DNA from: a virus
Reading direction: 5' to 3' (one strand)
DNA length: 64,000 bases
IMG/VR virus record: IMGVR_UViG_3300045988_019695
Coordinates: 32,001-96,000 of that record
The first letter of the stretch is position 1; the number at the start of each line of letters is the position of its first letter. Shown here piece after piece: positions 33,218-42,031 of the stretch. The notes under the pieces were generated by a model that saw only the letters and a list, made by a program, of their open reading frames with translations, was not told the DNA's origin and made no database searches. Both the position numbers and the translations under genes were made by a program.

Positions 33218-33502
33218 TTGCTTTTATTGTTTTACGCTGCCATAACGAAATAATTTTCAAAAAGGTTGCAAATGTGGTATAAATTTTGTAAAAACAGCAA
33301 TTTTCCTACAAATATGCAACTTTTTCAGCTTTTTTACGTTAGGGGGATAGTAGAGGGTTAGTCAGACTAAGAACCCTTTCTCTTATATATTCTCTTTAGG
33401 AGATCTACTTTAGTAGTACAGCTATTACAGTATAGTAAGACTATATAGTATAGTAGAGCTATATATAAGTTTAGTAAGAATAGTAAGACTAATAAGAATA
33501 GT
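33218..33502. promoter_or_regulatory. divergent control region between the late and early blocks
   Basis: 285 nt without an ORF. It holds the near-palindromic hairpin GGGTTAGTC A GACTAAGAACCC (about 33347-33375) and a run of TAGTAAGA-type direct repeats (about 33408-33502). Confidence 0.5.
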
Positions 33503-33898
33503 ATGGATAAAAAGAAGTGCATAATAGACGAATATAAAACAGTATACGGATTTAGTTTATTCGTTATAGTTAACCCAGATAAGTCTATAATAGATAAAAG
33601 ATTTAGCTTTAGAGATGATGATACATCTATAATTGATGATGAGTGGGCTAATTATACAGCATATACTACAAGAGGAGCGTATGATAAATTGGCTGACGAA
33701 GACTGTGAAATTATAGTAATAAACAAGTTAAAGAACACAAGTAACGATATAAATACCTTTGCACATGAGTCATTTCATGCAGCTGTAGACATACTAGAAG
33801 CATGTCATATCAAGTTATCTGAGGATACAAATGAGGTATTTGCATACTTAATTGGGTACTTTACAGAGTGTGTAAACAAAACAGCAAGTAAGGTATGA
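33503..33898 (+). CDS. small HExxH zinc-metallopeptidase-like protein (131 aa)
   Basis: Motif TFAHESFHAAVDILEACH, with a downstream EVFAYLIGYF segment. Confidence 0.45.
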   Translation: MDKKKCIIDEYKTVYGFSLFVIVNPDKSIIDKRFSFRDDDTSIIDDEWANYTAYTTRGAYDKLADEDCEIIVINKLKNTSNDINTFAHESFHAAVDILEACHIKLSEDTNEVFAYLIGYFTECVNKTASKV

Positions 33899-33909
33899 AC
33901 TAGTTTGAG

Positions 33910-34365
33910 ATGAGCGCTGTACTATATTATGCCGACTTCTTATCTCTACAATACTAGAATAAGCCATGTACAGAATAGTGCAAATACTTCTTTATACATG
34001 GAGCACCTGTAAATATAGCATATATTGTAGAGTAGGATCCAGTATATGATGTAGACAACCAATGGTTTTAGAAGAGCCTTAAAGAGTATAGTATGCTAAA
34101 GCATAAATTTGGCGAAGATGGTGCTATGAGCTTTATCAAGAACCTATGTAATCTTGGTGTGGCAGGGTCTGTAAATGCTACACAAATGATGAAGTACATA
34201 CATAGATATGACGACAAATAGGAGCGAGATAAAGCATTTAGAGCGTTTAAATTTAACAGATCAAAGAAGAAATACACGCATTTAACACGTAACGACGATG
34301 GTGAAATTATAGAGGAAGAGTGCACAAAATACGTAGCCCATGCTGAGCGAAATAGCAAAAGATAA
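33910..34365 (+). CDS. DUF4065/Panacea (SocA/GepA-like) domain protein, TAG-recoded (151 aa, 5 in-frame TAG)
   Basis: Frame scanned: 5 TAG, no TAA/TGA until TAA 34363. The N-terminus MSAVLYYADFLSLQYQNKPCTEQCKYFFIHGAPV resembles the KLLYxADF..Y....GPV signature. The domain call is from memory and not verified. Confidence 0.45.
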
Positions 34366-34445
34366 AGAATATTTAAGAGCTGCTGAGATAATACAGAGAG
34401 CTGAAAAACACGGCAGAATGTTAGGATTTTACGAACCAGATAAAG

Positions 34446-34550
34446 ATGAATCCATTTGATATAATATTTATGTTTTTAATACTTCCAATGTCGGCCGTTA
34501 CAGTCGGTTGGATAATACTTAAAGGAGCAAGTGACGATGGGAAAAATTAG
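34446..34550 (+). CDS. very small membrane peptide (34 aa)
   Basis: MNPFDIIFMFLILPMSAVTVGWIILKGASDDGKN; TAG followed by TAA. Confidence 0.3.
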   Translation: MNPFDIIFMFLILPMSAVTVGWIILKGASDDGKN

Positions 34551-34941
34551 TAAATACAGCAATTTGTACGATAAAGATGGTAACTTCTTGCATAAGCCAG
34601 GAAATTATTCAATTGAAGAACTTGAGAAGCTTGTAGACACACTTGACAAAAACTCTAGAGAGTTTGCAAGTGCTACAGCGATCCTTATGCACATGTACGA
34701 GCAAAAAGGTAATCCTCATAGAGATAAACTTATACAAAAGCTTATTGAGCAGTCTAAAACAAAGACTACTAAAGCTGAGGTTATAAATGCTTTAAAAGAT
34801 ATAAACATTAAAGATGAAGAGACAGGAAAAAATGGATCCAGCACAGAGGGACGCATACCAGATACTTCTGAAAGAGCTGGAGAGCTGGGGATAGGAAGCG
34901 GAACCAACGAGACAGATACTACAATTAGCACTGCAGCTTGA
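34537..34941 (+). CDS. hypothetical protein (134 aa)
   Basis: Track ORF 34531-34941. The ATG at 34537 gives MGKISKYSNLYDKDGNF. Confidence 0.5.
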   Translation: MGKISKYSNLYDKDGNFLHKPGNYSIEELEKLVDTLDKNSREFASATAILMHMYEQKGNPHRDKLIQKLIEQSKTKTTKAEVINALKDINIKDEETGKNGSSTEGRIPDTSERAGELGIGSGTNETDTTISTAA

Positions 34942-35029
34942 TGAAAAAGGAGAGTTCTACAAATTTATAGAAGTATTCGGGGATATAAGAAGTTATTGTC
35001 AATTAGATTAAAGATTGCTAATAAGGAAA

Positions 35030-35188
35030 ATGAAATACGAGTATAAAGGTAATGTCTACAATTATGTAGGAGTAGGAAAGTTTAAAGACTCTACTGGTAA
35101 GTGGATTGACGCTATAATATATGAGCGTGATAATCATATATATATGAGAGAAATAACAGACTTTATAGATAAGTTTAAGAAAGCATGA
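35030..35188 (+). CDS. DUF1653-like small protein (52 aa)
   Basis: MKYEYKGNVYNYVGVGKFKDSTGKWIDAIIYERDNHIYMREITDFIDKFKKA, followed directly by a terminator. Confidence 0.45.
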   Translation: MKYEYKGNVYNYVGVGKFKDSTGKWIDAIIYERDNHIYMREITDFIDKFKKA

Positions 35189-35192
35189 GAAT

Positions 35193-35220
35193 AGCCGGGG
35201 CTTATAACCTCGGCTTTTTT
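35193..35220 (+). terminator. Rho-independent terminator
   Basis: AGCCGGGG CTTATAA CCTCGGCT followed by TTTTTT. Confidence 0.75.
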
Positions 35221-35351
35221 ATTTTATAATTTTTTTTATTTTGTAAGTACAAAGATGCGAAACAGTAATAATTGGCTCCCCCGGCTCGCGTTTCGAATCT
35301 GACTACCCCCGGCATCTTAAATGACATCACTGATAGATTGCCAACCTGATC

Positions 35352-35386
35352 GCGGGAACATAAAGAACAATTCTGCACTATTAGTA
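35352..35386 (+). promoter_or_regulatory. conserved 35-nt element, copy 1 (GCGGGAACATAAAGAACA..CT..A..ATTAGTA)
   Basis: Near-identical to 35787-35821. It lies 20 nt upstream of ATG 35406. Confidence 0.4.
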
Positions 35387-35405
35387 ACAATAAAACATAA
35401 TCAAT

Positions 35406-35648
35406 ATGGATAAATTCTGTTTAGTAGCTATCATGTTGTTTGCTATTCAACGTGATATGGTTGATTACCCAATTGTTGATGTAATCAATGCCATCGATCG
35501 TGAACGTGATATCTTACCACGTGTTGATTTTCTTGAGCTTGAGTTCTCAGACGCTTTGTATGATTATAATATACATGATGTATCATTCGGCGTATATGAC
35601 AAGTACTTCGATAATCGGCAGTTTGTTGAGAGAGTATTGCCATTCTAA
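35406..35648 (+). CDS. hypothetical protein (80 aa)
   Basis: Uninterrupted ORF downstream of conserved element copy 1. Confidence 0.45.
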   Translation: MDKFCLVAIMLFAIQRDMVDYPIVDVINAIDRERDILPRVDFLELEFSDALYDYNIHDVSFGVYDKYFDNRQFVERVLPF

Positions 35649-35786
35649 TGGCGTACTCTCTTTATTCTTTAGCTTATGTTTAATCAATAAATATTTACAG
35701 TTATGTAAGACACGAATTAGACCAGTCATTCAAATTAGCTTGAGATGTAAGGCTTTATGCCTTACTCTCTTGCCTATTCTTTGCTT

Positions 35787-35821
35787 GCGGGAACATAAAA
35801 AACACCTCTAGATTATTAGCA
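35787..35821 (+). promoter_or_regulatory. conserved 35-nt element, copy 2 (GCGGGAACATAAAAAACA..CT..A..ATTAGCA)
   Basis: Same orientation as copy 1. It is preceded by the hairpin GTAAGGC TTTAT GCCTTAC (35745-35765). Confidence 0.4.
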
Positions 35822-35991
35822 GAGGAAGAAGAGAAAGATATAAATGTGTGGATGATTGGATCATTTGGAACAGTATTCAAACCCATCCATTTATACATTT
35901 AATGTTGTTTGTTGTTACAACTCTTCCTTAATATATAGCTTTTTAGCTATTATCTTCATAAATGATTATTCACCATTAATTATATATAATT

Positions 35992-36663
35992 ATGTCAAAG
36001 TATCGTTTATTTAACATGTCGGTGCTGCAGGCAAAGCCTCAGCCAGGACAAACTGAAGGTAATTTCTATGTAGCTGGAACTCTCGAAAACCAGGAGTGTG
36101 TGTTTGAAGAGAATACAAACATTGTTATGTTTGGAGTTGATGGACTCATTGCAGCTATTCGTCCATATTTGGATGCAGCTCATGGAGGTACAGCTCAAAC
36201 ATCTAACGAAGACAATATTCCAGAACGCTATCGCTTCTTGAATGGCATCTTTGTACGCCAGAAGCTTGAGCATGGAATGAGTTATTTGTTGGATAACAAT
36301 GGAAGTCCAAGATTGGACAAATCATCAAATCAGCCTATAACTATGGACTCTGTTCTTGTATTCTGCATCCTCATCAGTGAGACACCAAAGGTTGATGGCA
36401 CACCAAACTATGCCAAAAACTGGGACCCTGTTTCAAGAGTTCGCTCTATTGAACGTCAGTTCTTCAGACCTGTATCAAACCAGCCAGCTACACAGGCAGG
36501 TGTTGCAGCTCCACAGCCAGCTCCTGACCCATTAGCAGCAGCTATGGGAGCTCCTCAACAGCAGCCAGCTCCTCAGCCTAATGTAGCACAACCTGCTCCA
36601 CAGCAGCCAGCTCCAGGCAGCGTGCCTCCAGCACCAGGAGCAGTGCCACCAGCATCCTTCTAA
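35992..36663 (+). CDS. hypothetical protein with Pro/Gln/Ala-rich C-terminal tail (223 aa)
   Basis: Uninterrupted ORF with GC-richer codons. The tail is PQPAPDPLAAAMGAPQQQPAPQPNVAQPAPQQPAPGSVPPAPGAVPPASF. Confidence 0.55.
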   Translation: MSKYRLFNMSVLQAKPQPGQTEGNFYVAGTLENQECVFEENTNIVMFGVDGLIAAIRPYLDAAHGGTAQTSNEDNIPERYRFLNGIFVRQKLEHGMSYLLDNNGSPRLDKSSNQPITMDSVLVFCILISETPKVDGTPNYAKNWDPVSRVRSIERQFFRPVSNQPATQAGVAAPQPAPDPLAAAMGAPQQQPAPQPNVAQPAPQQPAPGSVPPAPGAVPPASF

Positions 36664-37612
36664 CTAGCTTGCATCGTAGCGCCCTCGTGGCGCTACCTTG
36701 CTTCTTTGACAAATGCAACTCGCTTCGCTCAGACATCAGCTTAAAGCTTGCTTAGAGCTTGCCAAAGAAAGGAGATGGCAAGATACACAGGTGAAATTTC
36801 AGATAGAACAGATAGATAATATAAAACATAATAAAGAAGTAATCCTTGATTGAAAATTCAATATATGATTGCACAATATGCTCATTAATTTAGGGTTATT
36901 TAATTGCTAAGCGTAGCACAATAAGCGTGGATACATATCACAGTCTGTGAAGATAGTGGTATGTTTATTTTAAACTCAGCTAGGGAGAGTCTAACATAAT
37001 CACTGATGAGACCTAGGCGAAACTACACGTTGCATCATAGTGTAGTCTGATTAATTACTCAAAAGCGCAAATAGACCTCACAATACAATGGTCTGTGAAG
37101 ATAGTTGTATTGAACCGTTATCTCATGCGGTATATAAACTAGGATGACGGAGCGCCTACGCTAACGTGATAAATCGTAGGCAGTAATGTGGCAAGACATG
37201 GTCCCAAGCCCATGCACTACAACACGTGCTTATGGTACTTGCAAAGCTATAAGAGGTTCGCTTGTAGGACACAGAGGGTTAAATAGTAGTATTACATGTA
37301 TGCTGAGAAGAGACGTACAGCCTGCTTGCAAGAGGTGCTTCGTGAAATGCAATCTCTTCTCTATGACAATCCGAAGAGACGGATAGTGGTTATTATACGC
37401 TTACTGAAGTAAGAGGGTATACTATGCACGAATTCATATAAGGATATTGTGCTTGGCTATATAAAGTGCACACATAGCGACGGTTCGAGTCCAGTAACCA
37501 CTCTACCCTATCATGTTTTTTAGTTACAATTTTAGTCCATTTGGCATGGGTACATTGGTTCGTGAGAATAGATGTACCATTTTGATGATTATTAATCAAA
37601 CTAATATATATT
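36664..37612 (+). ncRNA. 949-nt ORF-free structured region (candidate ncRNA or long leader)
   Basis: Stops occur in all frames. It starts with the hairpin GTAGCGCC CTCGT GGCGCTAC. The 20-nt direct repeat GTCTGTGAAGATAGT(G/T)GTAT lies at 36943-36962 and 37091-37110, with a third partial copy near 37375. It ends with a GGTTCGAGTCC T-loop-like motif near 37486. Confidence 0.4.
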
Positions 37613-37903
37613 ATGAATGACGAAAAACATTCTTTCATGGACCAATTAAACTTATTCCTAGTAGGATTAATTGTTGGAGCATTTGTTGGAGCCTGTTTTA
37701 GTGCTAATGTCGTAAAAGGCAAGAACATTAAGACAGAGAATAAGCTTAAAGCGTATGAACAGTACTATAATTGTACTGAAACGCTTTTGGATTCTCTTGA
37801 TGGTACACATAATCTTGATCTGATGGATACAGATCTTGCAACAGATTATGGTGCAAATTATTTAGATGCAAAATCTAAGGTAGACAACTTAATTGACAAG
37901 TAA
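37613..37903 (+). CDS. small membrane protein (96 aa)
   Basis: One hydrophobic helix, LNLFLVGLIVGAFVGACFSANVV. Confidence 0.5.
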   Translation: MNDEKHSFMDQLNLFLVGLIVGAFVGACFSANVVKGKNIKTENKLKAYEQYYNCTETLLDSLDGTHNLDLMDTDLATDYGANYLDAKSKVDNLIDK

Positions 37904-37912
37904 GTGTTATGA

Positions 37913-38137
37913 ATGGATTCGACAAAGAAGACCACACAGAAGACATCTGGTACTCATAAAAAATATAAGCCAGGTCAATTAGTTACAATTAATCATCGTG
38001 TATTTAGAATTGTAAAAAAATATTGGTGCATGGATGATTGTTTATGTTGTTATGATAGAAATTATAAAAAATATGATTTCTGCATGAACCTACCATTAGG
38101 TTTAAAGATTAAACCAATATTAAAACATAAGGGTTGA
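37913..38137 (+). CDS. basic Cys-containing small protein (74 aa)
   Basis: Uninterrupted ORF. The stop overlaps the hairpin GGTTGA gttgca TCAACC. Confidence 0.45.
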   Translation: MDSTKKTTQKTSGTHKKYKPGQLVTINHRVFRIVKKYWCMDDCLCCYDRNYKKYDFCMNLPLGLKIKPILKHKG

Positions 38138-38279
38138 GTTGCATCAACCCTAAGTGTTTAATGTAGCCGTAGGGAGTCCAAAGCCTCCAAAGGGAAACCG
38201 AATTACAGATGGAACACAAAGCTCAAGTATAGGTGAGAAGTAGTCCTATACAAGTAAATAATGTTTAATTATCAAAATT

Positions 38280-38696
38280 ATGAACATTTTAGAGAAGTTA
38301 ATGGGCAAAGATTACCCAAAGTTTGAAACAGCTATTTATGCTGACGGTATCACAACAATTGTAACAGTGTCTCGTACATTGTCTCCTACACACGTTGACT
38401 TGGATTCTCCAGGTTACATTGAGAACAAGTTCAAGAAGCTTGTTCCAATTCTCAAGGAAATTGGGGTTACTAAGAATCAGGAGACTGATGAGCAGACTAT
38501 CAACGTAACAGTTGAAGTAGACGGGAAGTTCAATGGTATCACTCATTTGAATCATCTTGTGCATATCGCTACAGGTATCAGCGAGATTGCAGAAGATAGA
38601 CTCAGTGAGTCTGAGGTTATCAAGAACATTGGTCTGGATTGCAAACCATTCATTTGTGCAGGCAATGAATCAGAAGAAACGCAAGCAGACGCATAA
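38280..38696 (+). CDS. hypothetical protein (138 aa)
   Basis: Uninterrupted ORF preceded by the ATTATCAAAATT leader. Confidence 0.5.
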   Translation: MNILEKLMGKDYPKFETAIYADGITTIVTVSRTLSPTHVDLDSPGYIENKFKKLVPILKEIGVTKNQETDEQTINVTVEVDGKFNGITHLNHLVHIATGISEIAEDRLSESEVIKNIGLDCKPFICAGNESEETQADA

Positions 38697-38919
38697 TCAA
38701 GCAGTTAAGCCGCAATCAGCAAAAGGGAAACCTGATGCTGAGTATCTTAATTACAAGGTTATTGCTAAGGAGGGAGTATCTACAATGATACTCTCTTCTG
38801 GATTAAGTAAATGTAATGCCAAATCTTTGGAAAATACTTTGAATAGTTATATTAATAACAAGCACTCAAATATTCCAGGAGCTGGCAAGACAAGTGTTAA
38901 ATTCATAACAATTCATTGA
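38665..38919 (+). CDS. hypothetical basic protein (84 aa)
   Basis: ATG 38665 within track ORF 38557-38919, giving MNQKKRKQTHNQAVKP. Confidence 0.4.
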   Translation: MNQKKRKQTHNQAVKPQSAKGKPDAEYLNYKVIAKEGVSTMILSSGLSKCNAKSLENTLNSYINNKHSNIPGAGKTSVKFITIH

Positions 38920-39296
38920 TGGCTGTAAAATTATACGAGAAGCCAGATCACAGTCCTGGCCCATTAATAGCGTTGGTTGTAATAATAATATTATTACTCC
39001 TAACATCGAAGTGTCATGCACAGCAAAAAGAAGCAATCGACACAATGGTTTGTAAGGTTGAGTGTATCAAACAAATAGTACAACAACCTAGTTCTAACGG
39101 CAAAACCGTTAAGTATATGGCTGTATATGTTGATAAATCAGCAGGATTCTCAGAGATTATTCCAGTTTCTAAGAGTGTTGTTGACTATATTAATGTGTGC
39201 AAGCAGTTCTCTGTTGAACCAACACTTGGTATTAGATTAAGAAATGGTGTAATTACATCAATAGTGCGTTATAAAATTAAATTTGTACACAAATGA
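38916..39296 (+). CDS. membrane/secreted small protein (126 aa)
   Basis: N-terminal hydrophobic helix LIALVVIIILLLLTSKCHA. The start overlaps the upstream stop by 4 nt. Confidence 0.5.
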   Translation: MMAVKLYEKPDHSPGPLIALVVIIILLLLTSKCHAQQKEAIDTMVCKVECIKQIVQQPSSNGKTVKYMAVYVDKSAGFSEIIPVSKSVVDYINVCKQFSVEPTLGIRLRNGVITSIVRYKIKFVHK

Positions 39297-39748
39297 AATT
39301 TCAACCACATGATATAGTGCGCCGAGTCTTACCAAGTGGAATAATGGTAGGTGGTTTAATGGTTGTTATCTCTAGCTCGCATGATAAATGCACAGCTGTC
39401 AGAGATGTATCAACTGGAAAATGTTATATATACAAGTCGAGTAGCTTGGAAAAAGCTGGAGAAACTACAAAGATTATGGTTAGCGAAAGTGATATGAATA
39501 AAATCGATGTAATGAAAGGCATTGGTTCGTTCTATCATAGCATATCTACAGTATATGATAAGCTGTATGCTAATCCATCAAGATTTGTATGCTTCATACT
39601 AATTACCAAGAACGAGACTATACGTAGAACATTCCAACTTGGAAAAATATCTAGAGTACTTCGAAAAGTAGATGAGACTCGTAAAGGATATGAAATAATT
39701 CCAGTCAAACAACCAATGTACAAGCTACAGTTAATTGGTGAACTATGA
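39293..39748 (+). CDS. hypothetical protein (151 aa)
   Basis: ATGA overlap with the upstream gene. Confidence 0.5.
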   Translation: MKFQPHDIVRRVLPSGIMVGGLMVVISSSHDKCTAVRDVSTGKCYIYKSSSLEKAGETTKIMVSESDMNKIDVMKGIGSFYHSISTVYDKLYANPSRFVCFILITKNETIRRTFQLGKISRVLRKVDETRKGYEIIPVKQPMYKLQLIGEL

Positions 39749-39930
39749 GTAAAAAACTTAGTCCTGGCAGAATATACAAGGTAAATGGCATTGTTGTTAG
39801 GGCTAAACGTCAAGCGACATGTGAAGGTTGTATCTTCAATAATCTATTCTCTTGCCCAAGAGTTGTAGATGTAAAAAGAGAAATAACCTGCACATGTCGT
39901 GAAGATGGTATAATATTTATTGATCCATAA
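39745..39930 (+). CDS. small Cys-rich protein (61 aa)
   Basis: Motif CEGCIFNNLFSCP..CTC. ATGA overlap with the upstream gene. Confidence 0.4.
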   Translation: MSKKLSPGRIYKVNGIVVRAKRQATCEGCIFNNLFSCPRVVDVKREITCTCREDGIIFIDP

Positions 39931-39934
39931 CAAC

Positions 39935-40207
39935 ATGGCAAAACGTAGAAAGAATGGACAGATGTCTGATAGCGAATTAGAGACCAGACGTCATCACGCA
40001 TCATTGCGTAGACTTAAAGTGTATTGTAATGATGTAAATGTAGAGTTAAAAGACTACAAATCTGCAGATCCTGATGATATGTGTATATTATCATTAGATG
40101 ATGTAGATCTTGGATCTAGAAAGAATTATTTAACAGTAGATAATGATTCATGGTTCGTTAGTGAAGACGACTATGATGAAATATCTCAAACAGCATTATA
40201 TATATGA
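39935..40207 (+). CDS. hypothetical protein (90 aa)
   Basis: ATG 39935 inside track ORF 39920-40207. Confidence 0.45.
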   Translation: MAKRRKNGQMSDSELETRRHHASLRRLKVYCNDVNVELKDYKSADPDDMCILSLDDVDLGSRKNYLTVDNDSWFVSEDDYDEISQTALYI

Positions 40208-40407
40208 AACGAGATTGTGAAGAATTGATTATCTCGATAATGTTGATATTCTTTTCTGGATTCCCTCTTATTGAGATACTCTCAAAAAGCTTAGTTATTG
40301 ATCAGGTTAGTAACTTCTCATTGATAGTTATTGTAATTTGGTTAGTAATAATTCTGATCTCCAGTATAATATATTTCGTAACTTACTGGATGGAAAAATT
40401 TGATTAG
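40204..40407 (+). CDS. small two-helix membrane protein (67 aa)
   Basis: Hydrophobic segments IISIMLIFFSGFPLIEIL and LIVIVIWLVIILISSIIYFV. It is followed by the hairpin GGGGCAGT TTAT ACTGTCCCC. Confidence 0.5.
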   Translation: MKRDCEELIISIMLIFFSGFPLIEILSKSLVIDQVSNFSLIVIVIWLVIILISSIIYFVTYWMEKFD

Positions 40408-40582
40408 TTGCATTTCAAGGGGGCAGTTTATACTGTCCCCGAGATTTATTAGGTTAGAGGCCTACATAACAGTTCAAGTCTGTATAAAATCACAAGCTGG
40501 AGAGCTTCGTACTTCGTTATCGTCACAGATCTTTTAACAGTTTTCTAAGGTTGACGTAAAACACAACATGAAACTGTTATTT

Positions 40583-40656
40583 GGACTTGTAGCTCAGTAG
40601 GTTAGAGCAACAGACTCATAATCTGGAGGTCCTAGGTTCAAACCCTAGCTGGTCCA
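40583..40656 (+). tRNA. tRNA with CAT anticodon (elongator Met or Ile-lysidine type)
   Basis: GGACTTG TA GCTC AGTAGGTTA GAGC A ACAGA CTCATAA TCTGG AGGTC CTAGG TTCAAAC CCTAG CTGGTCC A. The cloverleaf is canonical. Confidence 0.85.
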
Positions 40657-40727
40657 CAAAAGATGATTCCGTGAATCTTTAAAACCCGGATAGTTAACAT
40701 TTGTTGAATCTCTAATAAATTATCAAA

Positions 40728-41219
40728 ATGAAGAGATTATTTGAAAAGCTTAGCATGTGCTTAATCATGCTTATTGCAGCTATCGCAGTGTCATCATGTG
40801 ACTATGTGAAGCAGACAAAGAGTGAAATCAGACACGATGATTCACTCATGGTATCCAAGATGATGCAGGAAATTAGCAATCCTGCGTTCAATAACTATGC
40901 TGATGCTTTGGTGTATCAGAAAGCAGAAGGCAAGTGGAGACATCAAGACTCAGTGTTCTTAAGCATACCTGAAAAGGTTATGCGTGATGTAGTATCAGTC
41001 TTAGAGAAATCTGGGAAACCGGTTACTAAGATAGATATAGCTAATGAGTTTGAGATGAACAAGCGTGTATATTTGAATCTGCCTGACAAGCCGGATTTAT
41101 ATCAAGCTATTACTCCTCCTGATGTCCCGAACACAGAAGTCGTTGACACAATTATTGATGGCAAGCATGTGCAGGTGATACAGTCCTCCAGTACTAACAT
41201 AATGCCAAAGGAGGATTAG
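40728..41219 (+). CDS. lipoprotein (163 aa)
   Basis: Signal peptide with lipobox AIAVSSC. It ends in TAG, with a TGA one codon later. Confidence 0.6.
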   Translation: MKRLFEKLSMCLIMLIAAIAVSSCDYVKQTKSEIRHDDSLMVSKMMQEISNPAFNNYADALVYQKAEGKWRHQDSVFLSIPEKVMRDVVSVLEKSGKPVTKIDIANEFEMNKRVYLNLPDKPDLYQAITPPDVPNTEVVDTIIDGKHVQVIQSSSTNIMPKED

Positions 41220-41221
41220 CT

Positions 41222-41641
41222 ATGAAGCGATTTATCATTATTTCTTACGATGGTTCAAATTTGAATTCATCCGAAGTTTTGGCAATAGCTTCACAGCTGA
41301 AGACTATTAAGCCTAATGTTGAAAATATCCATGCATCTACAATGGATGAAACAGAAGTAAATTCTGTTATTGTAAAGCATGCAGAAAGTAAGAATGCTAC
41401 AGAATTATCTGTCGTAGAATCTGCATGTATCTATGTAAAAGAGAAATTTGGCAAGTATTTCAACTCCAAGATGAAGTTGTTGCTTGCATTGTCAGAGGCT
41501 ATAAATGACGAGCCTAACAACGAGTCTCTTACAAATGCTATTAAGGTTATATCTTGTGGTGTAAGTAAAAGAATGCGTGATTCTTACGGTATTTCTACCG
41601 ATGTTGTTTATGTATTTAAAACAGTTCAAGATAACATGTAA
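41222..41641 (+). CDS. hypothetical protein (139 aa)
   Basis: Uninterrupted ORF 2 nt after the upstream stop. Confidence 0.5.
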   Translation: MKRFIIISYDGSNLNSSEVLAIASQLKTIKPNVENIHASTMDETEVNSVIVKHAESKNATELSVVESACIYVKEKFGKYFNSKMKLLLALSEAINDEPNNESLTNAIKVISCGVSKRMRDSYGISTDVVYVFKTVQDNM

Positions 41642-41755
41642 TTATGTGCAGAACACAACGTAATACTAAGAAAGTGTATCGTCAACGTCACGCAGAAGCC
41701 AAAGCAAAGGCTTATAAGCGTGACAAGTTTCAGAACAAATTAAATCCTCTCGATT

Positions 41756-41989
41756 ATGTGGAAGATTCCAGTGTATACGACTAAAAAGGTAAAGGGTAAG
41801 AATGTAAAAACATTGGCATTCGAGTCCAAGTATCCTGATGAGGGTCAAGCTAAAGAAGCTAGATTAGCACTCATTCATTTGGCTAACTGCGCTCATAAAG
41901 CTCCATGCGATATCACCGTTAATAGTGACGGTGAGGTGTTCGTTAAGAATCCATCCTGGAGTGTGGGTGAAGTAACATATGTTAATTAA
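41756..41989 (+). CDS. hypothetical protein (77 aa)
   Basis: Uninterrupted ORF. Confidence 0.4.
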   Translation: MWKIPVYTTKKVKGKNVKTLAFESKYPDEGQAKEARLALIHLANCAHKAPCDITVNSDGEVFVKNPSWSVGEVTYVN

Positions 41990-42031
41990 TTTTATTTACA
42001 AACATTTTAAATCATTATCAAAATGGCAAAA
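41982..42031 (+). promoter_or_regulatory. promoter/leader module copy 1 (TTAATTAATTTTA..AACATTTTAAA..CATTATCAAAATGGCAAAA)
   Basis: About 50 nt, nearly identical to 45246-45295. TAATTTTA is one mismatch from the Bacteroidota -7 box TAnnTTTG. Confidence 0.5.

Noticed and set aside
34340-34459. 39-aa ORF (MLSEIAKDKEYLRAAEIIQRAEKHGRMLGFYEPDKDESI) overlapping the end of the recoded gene
   Set aside because: It is plausible but too short to support without comparative evidence.
37186-37386. 66-aa ORF inside the 36664-37612 non-coding region
   Set aside because: Its Cys/Arg-rich composition is typical of random translation of GC-richer structured sequence. It has no leader motif and is not in an operon context.
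40447-40500. Possible small tRNA (AGG TTAGAGG CCT plus ACAG TTCAAGT CTGT) upstream of tRNA 40583-40656
   Set aside because: It is only about 50 nt, with 3-4 bp stems, a poor acceptor (5 of 7 with mismatches) and no anticodon arm.
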